Below are positions 9,507-19,611 of a stretch of DNA of 64,000 bases, in pieces (the first letter of the stretch is position 1; each line of letters opens with the position of its first letter). The stretch comes from Selenomonadaceae bacterium (GTDB taxonomy: Bacteria; Bacillota; Negativicutes; Selenomonadales; Selenomonadaceae): assembly GCA_963678095.2 (NCBI GenBank), contig CAXXXP010000001.1:301525-365524 (forward strand), in the 5' to 3' direction. The translations under genes were made by a program, and so were the position numbers. The notes beneath the pieces were generated by a model. That model worked only from the letters and a program-made list of their open reading frames with translations. It did no database searches and was not told where the DNA came from.

Positions 9507-11015
9507 ATGTTGGCATTTTATTTCGATGGAGCATCACACACATTTGGCGAGTATTTACTGGTTCCGGGCTATTCCTCCGATAAATGCATTCCGACAAATG
9601 TTTCGTTGGAAACACCATTGGTGAAATTCAAAAAAGGTGAACAGCCAAAAATTAAGATGAATATACCGATGACATCGGCGATCATGCAGGCTGTTTCTGA
9701 TGATAATATGGCAATTGCCTTGGCCAAAGAAGGCGGCGTCTCCTTTGTGTACGGTTCCCAGTCGGTAGAGGACGAAGCGGCTATGGTGGCCAGAGTAAAA
9801 AACTATAAATCCGGGTTTGTTAACAGCGATTCAAATATCAAGCCGACTACCACCTTGGCTGAGATTCTGCGTCTTAAGGACAGGACGGGACATTCGACGA
9901 TGGCGATTACGGAAGACGGGATGCCGACGGGGAAGCTGCTCGGAATAGTTACCAGTCGTGATTATCGTGTAACCCGCATGAGTCTTGATGAGCGGGTTGA
10001 AAACTTTATGACACCGTTCAGCAAGCTGATCTATGCCGATGCTGATACGACGCTGCCGGAAGCCAATGATCTGATCTGGCAGCACAAGCTCAACATGCTG
10101 CCGCTGGTTGATAAAAATCAGCGTTTACGGTACATGGTATTCCGCAAAGATTACACAGATAACAAGGAAAATGCACATGAACTGATCGATCCTAAGAAGC
10201 GTTATATCGTTGGGGCTGGTATCAATACCCGTGACTATGCCGAACGCGTTCCGGCATTGCTTGAGGCTGGGGCCGATGTTCTCTGTATCGATTCTTCCGA
10301 AGGCTTTTCGGAATGGCAGCGCATAACATTGAAGTACATTCATGAAAATTTCGGGGATGATGTCAAAGTCGGAGCCGGCAATGTTGTTGACCGTGAGGGT
10401 TTCCGCTTCCTGGCTGAGGCCGGAGCAGACTTTATCAAGGTTGGCATTGGCGGCGGGTCGATCTGTATCACTCGTGAAACCAAGGGGATTGGCCGTGGCC
10501 AGGCTACGTCTATTATTGATGTTGCCAAAGCTCGTGACGAATACTATGAAGAAACTGGTATCTATATCCCAATCTGCTCGGATGGTGGAATTGTACATGA
10601 TTACCATATGACGCTCGCCTTGGCAATGGGTGCTGATTTTATGATGCTTGGCCGTTATTTCTCCCGCTTTGATGAAAGCCCGACGGACAAAGTCAAAATT
10701 AATGGCACTTTCCTCAAGGAATATTGGGGGGAAGGCTCCAATCGGGCGAGGAACTGGCAGCGCTATGATCTCGGTGGGGATGGCAAGCTTTCCTTTGAAG
10801 AAGGTGTGGATTCCTATGTTCCCTATGCCGGTCCATTAAAGGACAATGTACAGCTGACGCTGAGCAAAGTTCGTTCGACGATGTGCAACTGTGGCTCGCT
10901 CACCATTAAGGACTTCCAGAAAAATGCGAAGCTCACACTTGTTTCCTCAACGAGTATTGTCGAGGGCGGATCACATGATGTCATCTTGAAGGACAAACTC
11001 TTCTCTCGTGAGTAA
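9507..11015 (+). CDS. guaB: IMP dehydrogenase family protein (502-aa clostridial-type, with CBS pair)
   Basis: TIM-barrel IMPDH motifs, catalytic loop [12 protein letters not shown], and a CBS insertion. Confidence 0.75.
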   Translation: MLAFYFDGASHTFGEYLLVPGYSSDKCIPTNVSLETPLVKFKKGEQPKIKMNIPMTSAIMQAVSDDNMAIALAKEGGVSFVYGSQSVEDEAAMVARVKNYKSGFVNSDSNIKPTTTLAEILRLKDRTGHSTMAITEDGMPTGKLLGIVTSRDYRVTRMSLDERVENFMTPFSKLIYADADTTLPEANDLIWQHKLNMLPLVDKNQRLRYMVFRKDYTDNKENAHELIDPKKRYIVGAGINTRDYAERVPALLEAGADVLCIDSSEGFSEWQRITLKYIHENFGDDVKVGAGNVVDREGFRFLAEAGADFIKVGIGGGSICITRETKGIGRGQATSIIDVAKARDEYYEETGIYIPICSDGGIVHDYHMTLALAMGADFMMLGRYFSRFDESPTDKVKINGTFLKEYWGEGSNRARNWQRYDLGGDGKLSFEEGVDSYVPYAGPLKDNVQLTLSKVRSTMCNCGSLTIKDFQKNAKLTLVSSTSIVEGGSHDVILKDKLFSRE

Positions 11016-11038
11016 AGAAAATAGTAGATAAAAAATAA

Positions 11039-11066
11039 AGAGGCGCCTGGAGGCGTCTCTTTTTGG
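11039..11066 (+). terminator. intrinsic terminator after the IMPDH-family gene
   Basis: The agaggcg / cgtctct hairpin is followed by tttt. Confidence 0.55.
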
Positions 11067-11069
11067 TGC

Positions 11070-11098
11070 TTGAAAAAAAATGACGGATAAATTATAAT
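11070..11098 (+). promoter_or_regulatory. near-consensus sigma-A promoter with no adjacent ORF
   Basis: TTGAAA, a 17-nt spacer, then TATAAT. Confidence 0.5.
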
Positions 11099-11104
11099 GA
11101 AGCT

Positions 11105-11268
11105 AGGACAATTTGTTATATAAGGGATACGTGTTGTAGTTTTCAGGCTGCTGCCGGCAGATATCACACTAGTAATAGAAGCCAGTCCGATTTTGGACAG
11201 TCACAGCAAACACAAATGATATGTATTTTAATGCCGGCTGCGGTAAACTGCAGTTGGCATTTTTATTT
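11105..11268 (+). ncRNA. candidate ~160-nt small RNA (promoter-to-terminator unit without an ORF)
   Basis: Bounded by the promoter at 11070-11098 and an 11-bp terminator hairpin (atgccggctgc / gcagttggcat, two G-U pairs) plus a T tract at 11231-11268. I could not recognise a family. Confidence 0.3.
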
Positions 11269-11274
11269 ATCTGT

Positions 11275-11288
11275 GTTGCATATGCAAC
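11275..11288. promoter_or_regulatory. perfect 14-bp palindrome GTTGCATATGCAAC, candidate CRP/FNR-family (HcpR-like) site for hcp
   Basis: The 5-N4-5 dyad is centred about 41.5 bp upstream of the TSS inferred from the -10 TAGAAT (11311-11316). Confidence 0.4.
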
Positions 11289-11369
11289 GGATTTTTGGCA
11301 TATTTTCCATTAGAATAAAGAGCAGTTAGTGATTAAAAAATATATTGTCTAAAAAATGGAGGGCTAAAA

Positions 11370-13010
11370 ATGGAAAACAAAATGTTTTGCTATCAGTGTC
11401 AGGAAGCTGCCCAGTGTACCGGCTGCACACAGGTTGGTGTCTGTGGTAAAAAACCGGAAGTTGCGAATCTGCAGGATCTGCTGCGCTATCAGACGATCGG
11501 TTTGTCAGAGATCACGACCCGTCTTCGCGCGGAAGGCACCAGTATTGACCGGGAAATAAATCATATTGTGACTGTCAATCTGTTTACGACGATTACCAAT
11601 GCAAATTTTGATGAAGAATTTATTGCTGACCGAATTTTGCTGACGCAGAAGGCAAAAAAGGAATTGGCTGCTAAATTAAAGGATGCTTCTGGTCTTAGCG
11701 AAGCGGCTGTTTGGGAAGGCCATGACCGTGCCGCGATGGACGAAAAAGCAAAAGGCGTTGGCGTGCTGGCAACGGAAAATGAAGATATCAGAAGCCTGCG
11801 GGAATTGATCATCTATGGGGTAAAGGGCCTGGCCGCCTATGTAAAACATGCCAATGTGCTCGGCTATGAAAAAGAAGAAATTGATGCCTTTATTCAGGAA
11901 GCTTTGGCCAAAACGCGCGATGATAGTCTGGGCGCAGATGAGCTCGTGGCTTTGACCTTAAAGACCGGGGAATTTGGAGTCGCCGGAATGGCGTTGCTCA
12001 ACGATGCAAATACGAAGACGTATGGCAATCCAGAGATGACGACGGTTGATATCGGCGTGCGCACAAATCCGGGGATCTTGATTTCCGGGCATGATCTGCG
12101 CGATCTCGAAATGTTGCTGCAGCAGACCGACGGCAGTGGGGTTGATGTCTATACCCATTCGGAAATGTTGCCGGCGCATTATTATCCGGCCTTTAAGAAG
12201 TATTCGCATTTTGCTGGTAACTACGGTAACGCGTGGTGGAAACAAAAAGAAGAATTTGAAAGCTTCAACGGGCCGGTCCTGCTGACGACAAATTGTCTCG
12301 TGCCACCGAAGGACTCCTATAAGGAGCGCGTTTACACTACCGGTGTAGTGAGCTTCCCGGGCTGTAAACATATTGCTGGTGAAATCGGCGAAGTTAAGGA
12401 TTTTTCGGCAATTATTGAACATGCTAAACGTTGTCCGGCTCCGACGCAGATTGAAAGCGGTTCCATTGTCGGCGGGTTTGCCTACAATCAGGTTATGGCT
12501 TTGGCGGATAAAGTTGTCGGCGCCGTGAAATCCGGGGCGATCAAAAAATTTGTTGTAATGGCTGGTTGTGACGCCCGCATGAAGTCGCGTGAATACTATA
12601 CGGACTTTGCTCGCGCGCTGCCACAGGATACGGTCATTCTTACAGCTGGTTGCGCCAAATATCGCTATAATAAACTTGCCCTTGGCGATATTGGTGGCAT
12701 TCCGCGCGTGCTTGATGCCGGACAGTGCAATGACAGCTATTCGCTGGCGCTGATCGCCTTGAAGCTCAAAGAAGTATTTGGCCTTGATGATATCAACGAT
12801 CTGCCGATTGTGTTCAATATTGCCTGGTATGAACAAAAAGCAGTTATCGTTTTGCTGGCCTTGCTCTACCTTGGCGTGAAGAATATTCATCTTGGACCGA
12901 CGCTGCCGGCCTTCCTGTCGCCGACAGTTGCGGATGTCTTAGTTAAGAACTTTGGCATTGCTGGAATCGGTACGGTTGAAAATGATATAGAATTGTTCTT
13001 CGGCAAATAA
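11370..13010 (+). CDS. hcp: hydroxylamine reductase / hybrid-cluster protein
   Basis: N-terminal MFCYQCQE...CTGC...GVCGK cysteine cluster and typical Hcp length and motifs. Confidence 0.93.
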   Translation: MENKMFCYQCQEAAQCTGCTQVGVCGKKPEVANLQDLLRYQTIGLSEITTRLRAEGTSIDREINHIVTVNLFTTITNANFDEEFIADRILLTQKAKKELAAKLKDASGLSEAAVWEGHDRAAMDEKAKGVGVLATENEDIRSLRELIIYGVKGLAAYVKHANVLGYEKEEIDAFIQEALAKTRDDSLGADELVALTLKTGEFGVAGMALLNDANTKTYGNPEMTTVDIGVRTNPGILISGHDLRDLEMLLQQTDGSGVDVYTHSEMLPAHYYPAFKKYSHFAGNYGNAWWKQKEEFESFNGPVLLTTNCLVPPKDSYKERVYTTGVVSFPGCKHIAGEIGEVKDFSAIIEHAKRCPAPTQIESGSIVGGFAYNQVMALADKVVGAVKSGAIKKFVVMAGCDARMKSREYYTDFARALPQDTVILTAGCAKYRYNKLALGDIGGIPRVLDAGQCNDSYSLALIALKLKEVFGLDDINDLPIVFNIAWYEQKAVIVLLALLYLGVKNIHLGPTLPAFLSPTVADVLVKNFGIAGIGTVENDIELFFGK

Positions 13011-13016
13011 GAAACA

Positions 13017-13056
13017 GAAAAGCGGCTGTCCCGGTATGGGGCAGCCGCTTTTTTAT
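13017..13056. terminator. bidirectional terminator between hcp and the convergent glycosylase gene
   Basis: The GC-rich hairpin gcggctgtccc / ggggcagccgc is flanked by an A run and a T run. Confidence 0.7.
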
Positions 13057-13547
13057 TCCAGCAAGGCTTTGCGCCAGATGGCTTCGAGTTCTTCTTTGTG
13101 CCAGCGGGCATTGGCCGGGCTGGTCGACGGCAAATCAATGAATATTTTTTGTGGATCAAGCTGTAGGCTGCGGTAGTGTTTGGCAAAGGCCTGCGCTGAT
13201 TTTGTTCCGTTGAAGCAAATCTTTTTCAGGTTAGGATAGGTGGCGAACAGGGCCGGGAAATCATTGGCTTGTTCGCTGTGGATTGCCGAATCGAGACTGC
13301 CGGTTCGCACGCAGCTGCCGAGCGAATCCCAAAGGGCAATATGGTGGGTGAGCAGCATTTCGATTCGGTTGCCATAGAGTTTTGGCAGTGGATCGGTGTC
13401 AAGAATTTTCGCGAGCAGGGGCCAGAATCGATTTGCCGGATGGGCGTAATACTCCTGCTGCTGCAGCGACCGTACCCCGGGCATAGAGCCGAGAATTAGG
13501 GTGTGGCATTGTGGATCGATTACTGGGGGAAAGCTTTGACATAACAT
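13053..13547 (-). CDS. uracil-DNA glycosylase superfamily protein (hypoxanthine/deoxyinosine glycosylase-like)
   Basis: 164 aa with the LILGSMPG motif and NRFW, typical of the small UDG family annotated as DNA-deoxyinosine glycosylase. Confidence 0.6.
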   Translation of the reverse strand: MLCQSFPPVIDPQCHTLILGSMPGVRSLQQQEYYAHPANRFWPLLAKILDTDPLPKLYGNRIEMLLTHHIALWDSLGSCVRTGSLDSAIHSEQANDFPALFATYPNLKKICFNGTKSAQAFAKHYRSLQLDPQKIFIDLPSTSPANARWHKEELEAIWRKALLE

Positions 13548-13760
13548 AAGAAAACCTCATTTTTATATATTCTTAGCTGCTGGCTCTGCCAGTATATACT
13601 GCTACTATAGCAAATTGTGCTGTGTTTGTACATTTGCTGGTGGAGCGTCTTCAGCCTGTTTTCAACAAAGGATAGTATACTGCAGCAGAGAAAAAATACT
13701 GTATGCTGCTCGTTAAATACAGTATAATTTAGGGGAAGATAAGAAAAGAGGTTGATGTGC

Positions 13761-14438
13761 ATGCGGGTTTTGCTGGCAGAGGATGATAAAAAACTGGGCA
13801 ATCTGCTGAAATACATGCTGGAAAAAAATGAAATTGCAGCCGAGTGGGTTACGGCTGGAGATATGGCCTATGAATATGCGATCTATGATGAGTATGATAT
13901 CCTCGTTCTTGACTGGATGATGCCGGTGGAAAGCGGGATATCGGTCTGTCGTCGCCTTCGGGAAAATGGTTACCAAAAGGCGATATTGCTCCTGACCGCC
14001 CGTGATGCGGTAGAGGACAGGGTGTCCGGGCTCGATGCCGGGGCAGACGATTATCTTGTCAAACCGTTTGAATTTGCTGAGCTACTCGCGCGCTTGCGCG
14101 CTCTTGGCCGTCGGACCAATCAAAAAATTCAGCAGGAGGTCATTCGCATCGGAGAATTTATTTTAAACCGGACCGCCAAGGAAGTGCATAAAGGCGGGCA
14201 GGTCATACAGCTTTCACCGCGCGAATTTCAGATTTTTGATTTGCTCGTGCAAAATGCCGGGATTGTCGTGCCGCGTGATGTGATTCTTGACCGAATTTGG
14301 GGTCTTGAATCCGAGGTAAGTTCCAATAATATTGATTCTTACGTAAAGCTGCTACGTAAGAAAATTGATCCGGGAGCCGGCGAGCCCATTATCCATACGA
14401 TTCGCGGGGTTGGCTATAAGCTGGAGGCTAAAGTATGA
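13761..14438 (+). CDS. OmpR-family response regulator
   Basis: Receiver domain (MRVLLAEDD...DWMMP) plus a winged-helix trans_reg_C domain (IRGVGYKL). Confidence 0.9.
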   Translation: MRVLLAEDDKKLGNLLKYMLEKNEIAAEWVTAGDMAYEYAIYDEYDILVLDWMMPVESGISVCRRLRENGYQKAILLLTARDAVEDRVSGLDAGADDYLVKPFEFAELLARLRALGRRTNQKIQQEVIRIGEFILNRTAKEVHKGGQVIQLSPREFQIFDLLVQNAGIVVPRDVILDRIWGLESEVSSNNIDSYVKLLRKKIDPGAGEPIIHTIRGVGYKLEAKV

Positions 14439-15727
14439 GCCAGAATATGTTCAACCGTATGCGGCAGCGGCTGACGCTCTTTTATTCGCTGGTGATGGCA
14501 ATTTTTTTGACTGTCATGATTTTTGGCGTCTATAAGAGTATGGAATGGTCGATTGGCTCAGAGCAGGCGCGGGAAATTCTCGATGCAGCGAATGATTCGG
14601 CGGCGGTGCATGCTGTTTATCCGCATGCGCAGGAAAATTTGCCGGATAACGCTGATCCGTATAAGGGGAGTCATGACCGCACTTTTTTTTATGTGCTGGA
14701 CAACGAGGGTCACATGCTGAATTTTTCCCGAGCATCCTTTATGGTGGAACCGTTTGTCCTCGATGTGATTAATGCATGGTCAATGGAAAGCGGCGAGGTA
14801 GCGGTATTCAGCAAGGAGGATCATTTAAAATTTAAGCACAAGCTGATGATGACAGCCCGCCCGATCATTGTCGAGGGCAAGACGGCTGGCATGATCTATG
14901 TCGGCAAGGATGTAACTGCCCTCTATAACGGCCTGCAAAAATCCATGCTGGTTCTCGGAGCATTTTCCTTACTGGCTTTGTTTATGGCAGCGCTGGCCGG
15001 GCATGTGATGTCAGGCAAAGCCCTGGTGCCGCTTAAGGAAGCGTATGAAAAGCAGCGCCAGTTCGCGATTGATGCCTCCCATGAGCTGCGGACGCCGCTG
15101 AGCGTTGTAATGGCGTCAGCGGATGTGCTCGACAACGATCCGGCCATTACATCGCCGTTTTTGAAGCAGGTAATCGGCGATGTGCGCGATGAAGTCAAGA
15201 AAATGACAAAGCTGGTCAGTGATCTGCTGCTGGTTGCCCGCAGCGACAACCAAAAGGTAAACCTGCAGCAAGAACGGCTTGACTTGGCTGAAATAATTGA
15301 ACAGACGGTGCGGCGGATGCAGCCGCTGGCTGCCGAAAAGAATATAGAGCTGACCTGCAGTCAGTTGGTGCCGGCAGAAATCAAGGCCGATGGCCAAAAA
15401 ATCAAGCAGCTGTTATTGATTCTTGTCGATAATGCCGTGAAATATACACCCTCTGGCGGCAAGGTGAAGTTGGAACTTGACAGTAAAAGTGAAAAGAGTA
15501 AGGTGAAGCTCAAGGTTAGTGATACGGGGATTGGTATTGCCCCTGGGGAGCAGGATCTGATCTTTGATCGTTTTTATCGGGCTGATAAGGCCCGTTCGCG
15601 CGAATCGGGCGGCAATGGGCTGGGGCTGGCGATAGCCCGCGAAATCGTTCGCTTGCATAAGGGGAAAATTCAGGTTGACAGCAGGCCAGGAGAAGGCACG
15701 ACCTTTACGGTTGAACTGAAGCGCTGA
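14435..15727 (+). CDS. sensor histidine kinase (partner of the preceding regulator)
   Basis: Two TM segments, H-box SHELRTPL, and N/G boxes (DNAVKYT, DTGIGI, GGNGLGLAI). The start overlaps the regulator stop. Confidence 0.9.
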   Translation: MSQNMFNRMRQRLTLFYSLVMAIFLTVMIFGVYKSMEWSIGSEQAREILDAANDSAAVHAVYPHAQENLPDNADPYKGSHDRTFFYVLDNEGHMLNFSRASFMVEPFVLDVINAWSMESGEVAVFSKEDHLKFKHKLMMTARPIIVEGKTAGMIYVGKDVTALYNGLQKSMLVLGAFSLLALFMAALAGHVMSGKALVPLKEAYEKQRQFAIDASHELRTPLSVVMASADVLDNDPAITSPFLKQVIGDVRDEVKKMTKLVSDLLLVARSDNQKVNLQQERLDLAEIIEQTVRRMQPLAAEKNIELTCSQLVPAEIKADGQKIKQLLLILVDNAVKYTPSGGKVKLELDSKSEKSKVKLKVSDTGIGIAPGEQDLIFDRFYRADKARSRESGGNGLGLAIAREIVRLHKGKIQVDSRPGEGTTFTVELKR

Positions 15728-15775
15728 CATAAAAAAGTGAGAGTTTGTGAAGTATTTTTTGTTGTAAATATAATT

Positions 15776-15811
15776 AGTCAAAAGGTCAAAAAATAGTTTG
15801 ACTTTTTGACC
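15776..15811. promoter_or_regulatory. CtsR-box-like composite operator (four GTCAAA heptads) overlapping the clpB promoter
   Basis: AGTCAAA-A-GGTCAAA (15776-15790) and its near-inverted copy TTTGACT-T-TTTGACC (15797-15811). The TTGACT -35 (15798-15803) lies inside the repeat, and the -10 TATAAT is at 15820-15825. Confidence 0.45.
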
Positions 15812-15889
15812 TTTTGGGATATAATAAAAATTATAGAGGATATCTCATTAGCAAAGCGATCTTATAAAAGAAAGCTGGGAGGAAATTAT

Positions 15890-18466
15890 ATGGGACAGGA
15901 AAAATATACGCAAAAGGTCATGGAGGCTCTGCAATCAGCGCAGCAGACGGCAGCGCTGCACTATCATCAGGAGATAACAGGGGCCCATATGCTATTGGCA
16001 CTGGTCAAGGACCCGGAAGGCTTGCTTGCCACCATTTTTCAGGAGTGTAAGACGGATCTGCCACTGCTGAAAACGCGGCTGGAACAGCTTTTGAAAAAGC
16101 AGCCGGGGGTAAAGGGACAGGATCGTCTGTCCATGAGCACCGGGATGGTAAGGGTGCTGGGCAAGGCAGAAGCGCTTGCGCAAAAGATGAAGGATGAGTA
16201 TATCAGCACAGAGCATATACTGTTGGCCTTGATCGAGGATGGAGACAGTGATACGCTAGCGGTTTGCCGGGAATTTGGCTTGAATAAATCAAAGATCGAA
16301 GCGGTAATCAAGACAAATCGTAAACAGAATGTGACCAGCGATAATCCGGAAAGCGGCTATAAATCATTAGAAAAATATGGGCGCGACTTGACCGATGCGG
16401 CCCGCCGTGGCAAAATTGATCCGGTTATCGGCCGGGATGAGGAGATTCGCCGGACAGTTGAAATTCTGTCAAGGCGGACCAAAAACAATCCGGTGCTGAT
16501 CGGCGAGCCTGGTGTCGGTAAGACGGCCATTGTCGAAGGCCTTGCCCGGAGAATTGTTGCCGGTGATGTGCCGGAATCACTGAAAAACAAGATGCTGTAT
16601 TCCCTTGATATGGGATCACTGGTGGCTGGAGCCAAGTTTCGCGGGGAGTTTGAAGAGCGGCTCAAAGCGGTGCTCAATGAAATTGCCAAATCAGAAGGAC
16701 AGATTCTGCTCTTTATCGATGAAGTGCATACCGTTGTCGGCGCCGGTGCCGCTGAGGGCGCCATGGATGCGGGCAATATCTTAAAGCCGATGCTTGCCCG
16801 TGGTGAGCTGCGCTGCATCGGGGCCACTACGCTCAATGAATACCGCAAGTACATTGAAAAGGATGCGGCGCTGGAACGAAGGTTCCAGCCGGTGCTGGTT
16901 GATCAGCCGACTGTTGAAGATACGATTTCGATTCTTCGCGGACTAAAGGAGCGCTATGAAGTGCATCACGGGGTTCGCATCCGCGATAATGCGCTTGTCT
17001 CGGCGGCGGTGCTGTCAGATCGCTATATAGCGGATCGGTTTCTGCCGGATAAGGCCATCGATCTCGTCGATGAAGCCGCAGCCAAGCTGCGTACGGAAAT
17101 AGAATCGATGCCAGCGCCGCTGGATGAGGTGCGGCGCAAGATCATGCAGCTGGAAATTGAAGAACAGGCACTGAAAAAAGAAACGGATGAAGCCTCTTCC
17201 CAAAAGCTCACACAGATTGTGAGGGATAAGGAGACCTTGCAACAGCGGGAAAGTGAACTTAAAGCAAAGTGGGAAAGTGAAAAACAATCCATTTTGCGCA
17301 TCCGGGCCATTAAAAAAGAGATTGACGATACAAAGAATGAGATGGAAGCGGCCGAACGGGCGTATGACTTAAACCGTCTGTCTGAAATCAAGTATGGCCG
17401 GCTGCCGGAACTTGAAAAACAACTGGTCGAATCAGAGGCGGCGGTGGCGGCGCAGGCTAAAGAATCGCAGATGCTTAAAGAGGAAGTCGGAGAAGAAGAT
17501 ATCGCACGGGTTGTCAGCCGCTGGACGGGGATTCCGGTCGCAAAGATGATGACCGGGGAGCGGGAAAAACTCGTACACCTTGAGGATGTACTGCATCAGC
17601 GGGTGGTCGGGCAGGATGAAGCCGTTCGTGTTGTCAGCGAAGCGATTATCCGGGCAAGGGCTGGCATAAAGGACCCCAACCGCCCGATCGGCTCGTTTGT
17701 ATTTCTCGGACCGACGGGTGTCGGTAAGACGGAGCTCGCCAAGACATTGGCCGAGGTTTTGTTTGATGACGAGCGCAACATCATTCGCCTGGACATGAGC
17801 GAATATATGGAAAAGCATGCAGTTTCACGTCTGATCGGAGCGCCTCCGGGCTATGTTGGCTACGATGAAGGCGGTCAGTTGACGGAAGCCGTGCGCCGCC
17901 GGCCTTATAGTGTTATCTTGCTCGACGAAGTCGAAAAAGCACATCAAGATGTATTTAACGTGTTGCTGCAGATTCTCGATGATGGGCGGCTGACGGACGG
18001 TAAAGGGCGCGTGGTCAGCTTCAAGAATACGGTCATCATTATGACCTCGAATCTTGGTTCCCATGAGATTTTGAATGCGGCGGATTTTTCGCAGGCGGAA
18101 ACCGCCGTGCGGGAAATTTTAAAAAATTACTTCCGTCCTGAATTTTTAAACCGCCTCGATGATATCATCGTCTTTAAGGGACTTGACCGCCAGCAGGTTA
18201 AGCAGATTGCCGGCATCCTGCTGACAGCGTTGGATGAACGTTTGCGCCGGCAGGTGAAAATCAGTCTTACCTGGACCGACGAGGTGCTCGAATTGCTTTC
18301 CTCCCAAGGGTTTGATCCTAATTACGGAGCGCGTCCATTGCGCCGGCTGCTGGCCCATACGGTTGAAACGGCACTGAGCAAGGAAATTATCAAAGGGGAG
18401 ATCAAGGAAGGCGATACGGTACAGATCGGTATCGTCGGCGATGAGCTTACCTTTACTGCACAGTAA
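15890..18466 (+). CDS. clpB: ATP-dependent chaperone ClpB
   Basis: Two AAA+ modules ([16 protein letters not shown]), a long coiled-coil middle domain and a Clp_N domain. The ATG at 15890 follows the GGGAGG RBS. Confidence 0.95.
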   Translation: MGQEKYTQKVMEALQSAQQTAALHYHQEITGAHMLLALVKDPEGLLATIFQECKTDLPLLKTRLEQLLKKQPGVKGQDRLSMSTGMVRVLGKAEALAQKMKDEYISTEHILLALIEDGDSDTLAVCREFGLNKSKIEAVIKTNRKQNVTSDNPESGYKSLEKYGRDLTDAARRGKIDPVIGRDEEIRRTVEILSRRTKNNPVLIGEPGVGKTAIVEGLARRIVAGDVPESLKNKMLYSLDMGSLVAGAKFRGEFEERLKAVLNEIAKSEGQILLFIDEVHTVVGAGAAEGAMDAGNILKPMLARGELRCIGATTLNEYRKYIEKDAALERRFQPVLVDQPTVEDTISILRGLKERYEVHHGVRIRDNALVSAAVLSDRYIADRFLPDKAIDLVDEAAAKLRTEIESMPAPLDEVRRKIMQLEIEEQALKKETDEASSQKLTQIVRDKETLQQRESELKAKWESEKQSILRIRAIKKEIDDTKNEMEAAERAYDLNRLSEIKYGRLPELEKQLVESEAAVAAQAKESQMLKEEVGEEDIARVVSRWTGIPVAKMMTGEREKLVHLEDVLHQRVVGQDEAVRVVSEAIIRARAGIKDPNRPIGSFVFLGPTGVGKTELAKTLAEVLFDDERNIIRLDMSEYMEKHAVSRLIGAPPGYVGYDEGGQLTEAVRRRPYSVILLDEVEKAHQDVFNVLLQILDDGRLTDGKGRVVSFKNTVIIMTSNLGSHEILNAADFSQAETAVREILKNYFRPEFLNRLDDIIVFKGLDRQQVKQIAGILLTALDERLRRQVKISLTWTDEVLELLSSQGFDPNYGARPLRRLLAHTVETALSKEIIKGEIKEGDTVQIGIVGDELTFTAQ

Positions 18467-18493
18467 AAAAAGCCCCTGCGGGGGCTTTTTTTC
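18465..18493 (+). terminator. intrinsic terminator after clpB
   Basis: agcccc-tgcg-ggggct followed by T7. Confidence 0.8.
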
Positions 18494-18609
18494 TGCATAA
18501 CGGACATTGAAGGCGGGCTATTGTTTCGTATTGATAAACCATGGTACAATATAGCCAAAATAGATAAAGTTAAAGATAGGCCGGATACGGCCTTTTTAGG
18601 AGGGTAAAT

Positions 18610-19137
18610 ATGAGTTGCAGAGCAGGAGAAAATCGAATTATAATCAGTGAGGTCATGATGCCGAGTCAGGCCAATGTGGCTGGAAATGTCCATGGCGGAG
18701 AAATCATGAAGATGATGGATTCAGCTGCTTATGCTGCCGCTCGGCGCTATGCCAGGTCGAATGTCGTTACAGCCCGGGTGGATGAACTGGAATTTCATCT
18801 GCCGATTTTGATTGGGGATCTTGTGGTCTGCACGGCGGATATCGTCTTCGTGGGTCACAGCTCGATGGAAATTGCGGTCAATGTCGAAGTGGAGGATCTC
18901 GAGCACGAGGGCAAACCCCAGCGGGCGCTTTCCGCTTACTTTACGATGGTTGCACTCGATCGCAATGCCAAACCAAAGACGGTGCCGGCACTGGTGCTGG
19001 ACACGGAAGAAGTGAAAGCAGCTTTTGGCGAGGGGAAACGTCGCTATGAGGAACATAAGGCGAAGAAAAAACAGCAGCTGCTGGCGGAAAAAGCCGCCCG
19101 AGAAGCTGCCAAAGCGGCCAAAGGCGTTGAGAAGTAG
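18610..19137 (+). CDS. acyl-CoA thioesterase (hotdog fold, YciA/BFIT-like) with a Lys/Ala-rich tail
   Basis: The motif PSQANVAGNVHGGEIMKMMD is typical of acyl-CoA hydrolases. Confidence 0.75.
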   Translation: MSCRAGENRIIISEVMMPSQANVAGNVHGGEIMKMMDSAAYAAARRYARSNVVTARVDELEFHLPILIGDLVVCTADIVFVGHSSMEIAVNVEVEDLEHEGKPQRALSAYFTMVALDRNAKPKTVPALVLDTEEVKAAFGEGKRRYEEHKAKKKQQLLAEKAAREAAKAAKGVEK

Positions 19138-19146
19138 TGCCACCAT

Positions 19147-19176
19147 AAAAAGCAGAGTGAGAACTCTGCTTTTTTA
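19147..19176 (+). terminator. intrinsic terminator after the thioesterase
   Basis: aaaagcagagt-gaga-actctgctttt followed by a T run. Confidence 0.75.
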
Positions 19177-19299
19177 TTGCTGATAATTATAATGAGTTGT
19201 CCATTGAAGAAGAATAAAAAAAATACTTGTTTACAATTAACTCGACATAAAATAAAAAGCTTGCAAAAAGTGTTTACGTATGTTAATCTGTAAAAGATA

Positions 19300-19576
19300 T
19301 ATGAGAAATGCGTTGCAGAGGAATAGTAAAATGCAGGATGCTGGCAGAGACCCGCTGGTTGGTGAAAAGCGGGAGCAAAGTGGATTTGAACTCACCTTGA
19401 AGCAGCACGCTGAAATGCAAAGAGTAGGTGGCGCCGGGGCCTGGCCGTTAAAACAGGAGGATATAAGGCTGTATAAGTCCGTATCTGGTAAAGTGCACAG
19501 CATAGCTGTGAAGTAGAGTGGTAACACGTGAGCAAAGGCTTTCGTCTCTTTGGAGATGAGGGCTTTTTATTTTTAC
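19300..19576 (+). promoter_or_regulatory. T-box leader, Leu specifier (CUC at 19391-19393)
   Basis: Stem I elements (AGAGG..AGTA, AG bay GCAGAGA, distal GGTGAAA), specifier loop GAA-CUC-A, T-box AGAGTGGTAACACGTG (UGGU matches an A73 discriminator), and a terminator hairpin with a T run ending near 19576. Confidence 0.8.
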
Positions 19577-19611
19577 CTTTTTTAAGACAAAACATAAGGG
19601 AGCGATAGCAG

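Noticed and set aside
11105-11268. The candidate sRNA as a 6S RNA.
   Set aside because: I tried to pair the 5' and 3' ends and found only short (5-6 bp) complementarity, not the long closing helix with a central bubble expected of 6S RNA.
15728-15889. A CIRCE (HrcA) element upstream of clpB.
   Set aside because: No TTAGCACTC-N9-GAGTGCTAA-like inverted repeat is present. Only the GTCAAA heptads were found.
19280-19516. A 78-aa plus-strand ORF upstream of leuA, with minus-strand ORFs at 19237..19595.
   Set aside because: They fall inside the Leu T-box leader and have no RBS. The RNA element explains the sequence conservation features.
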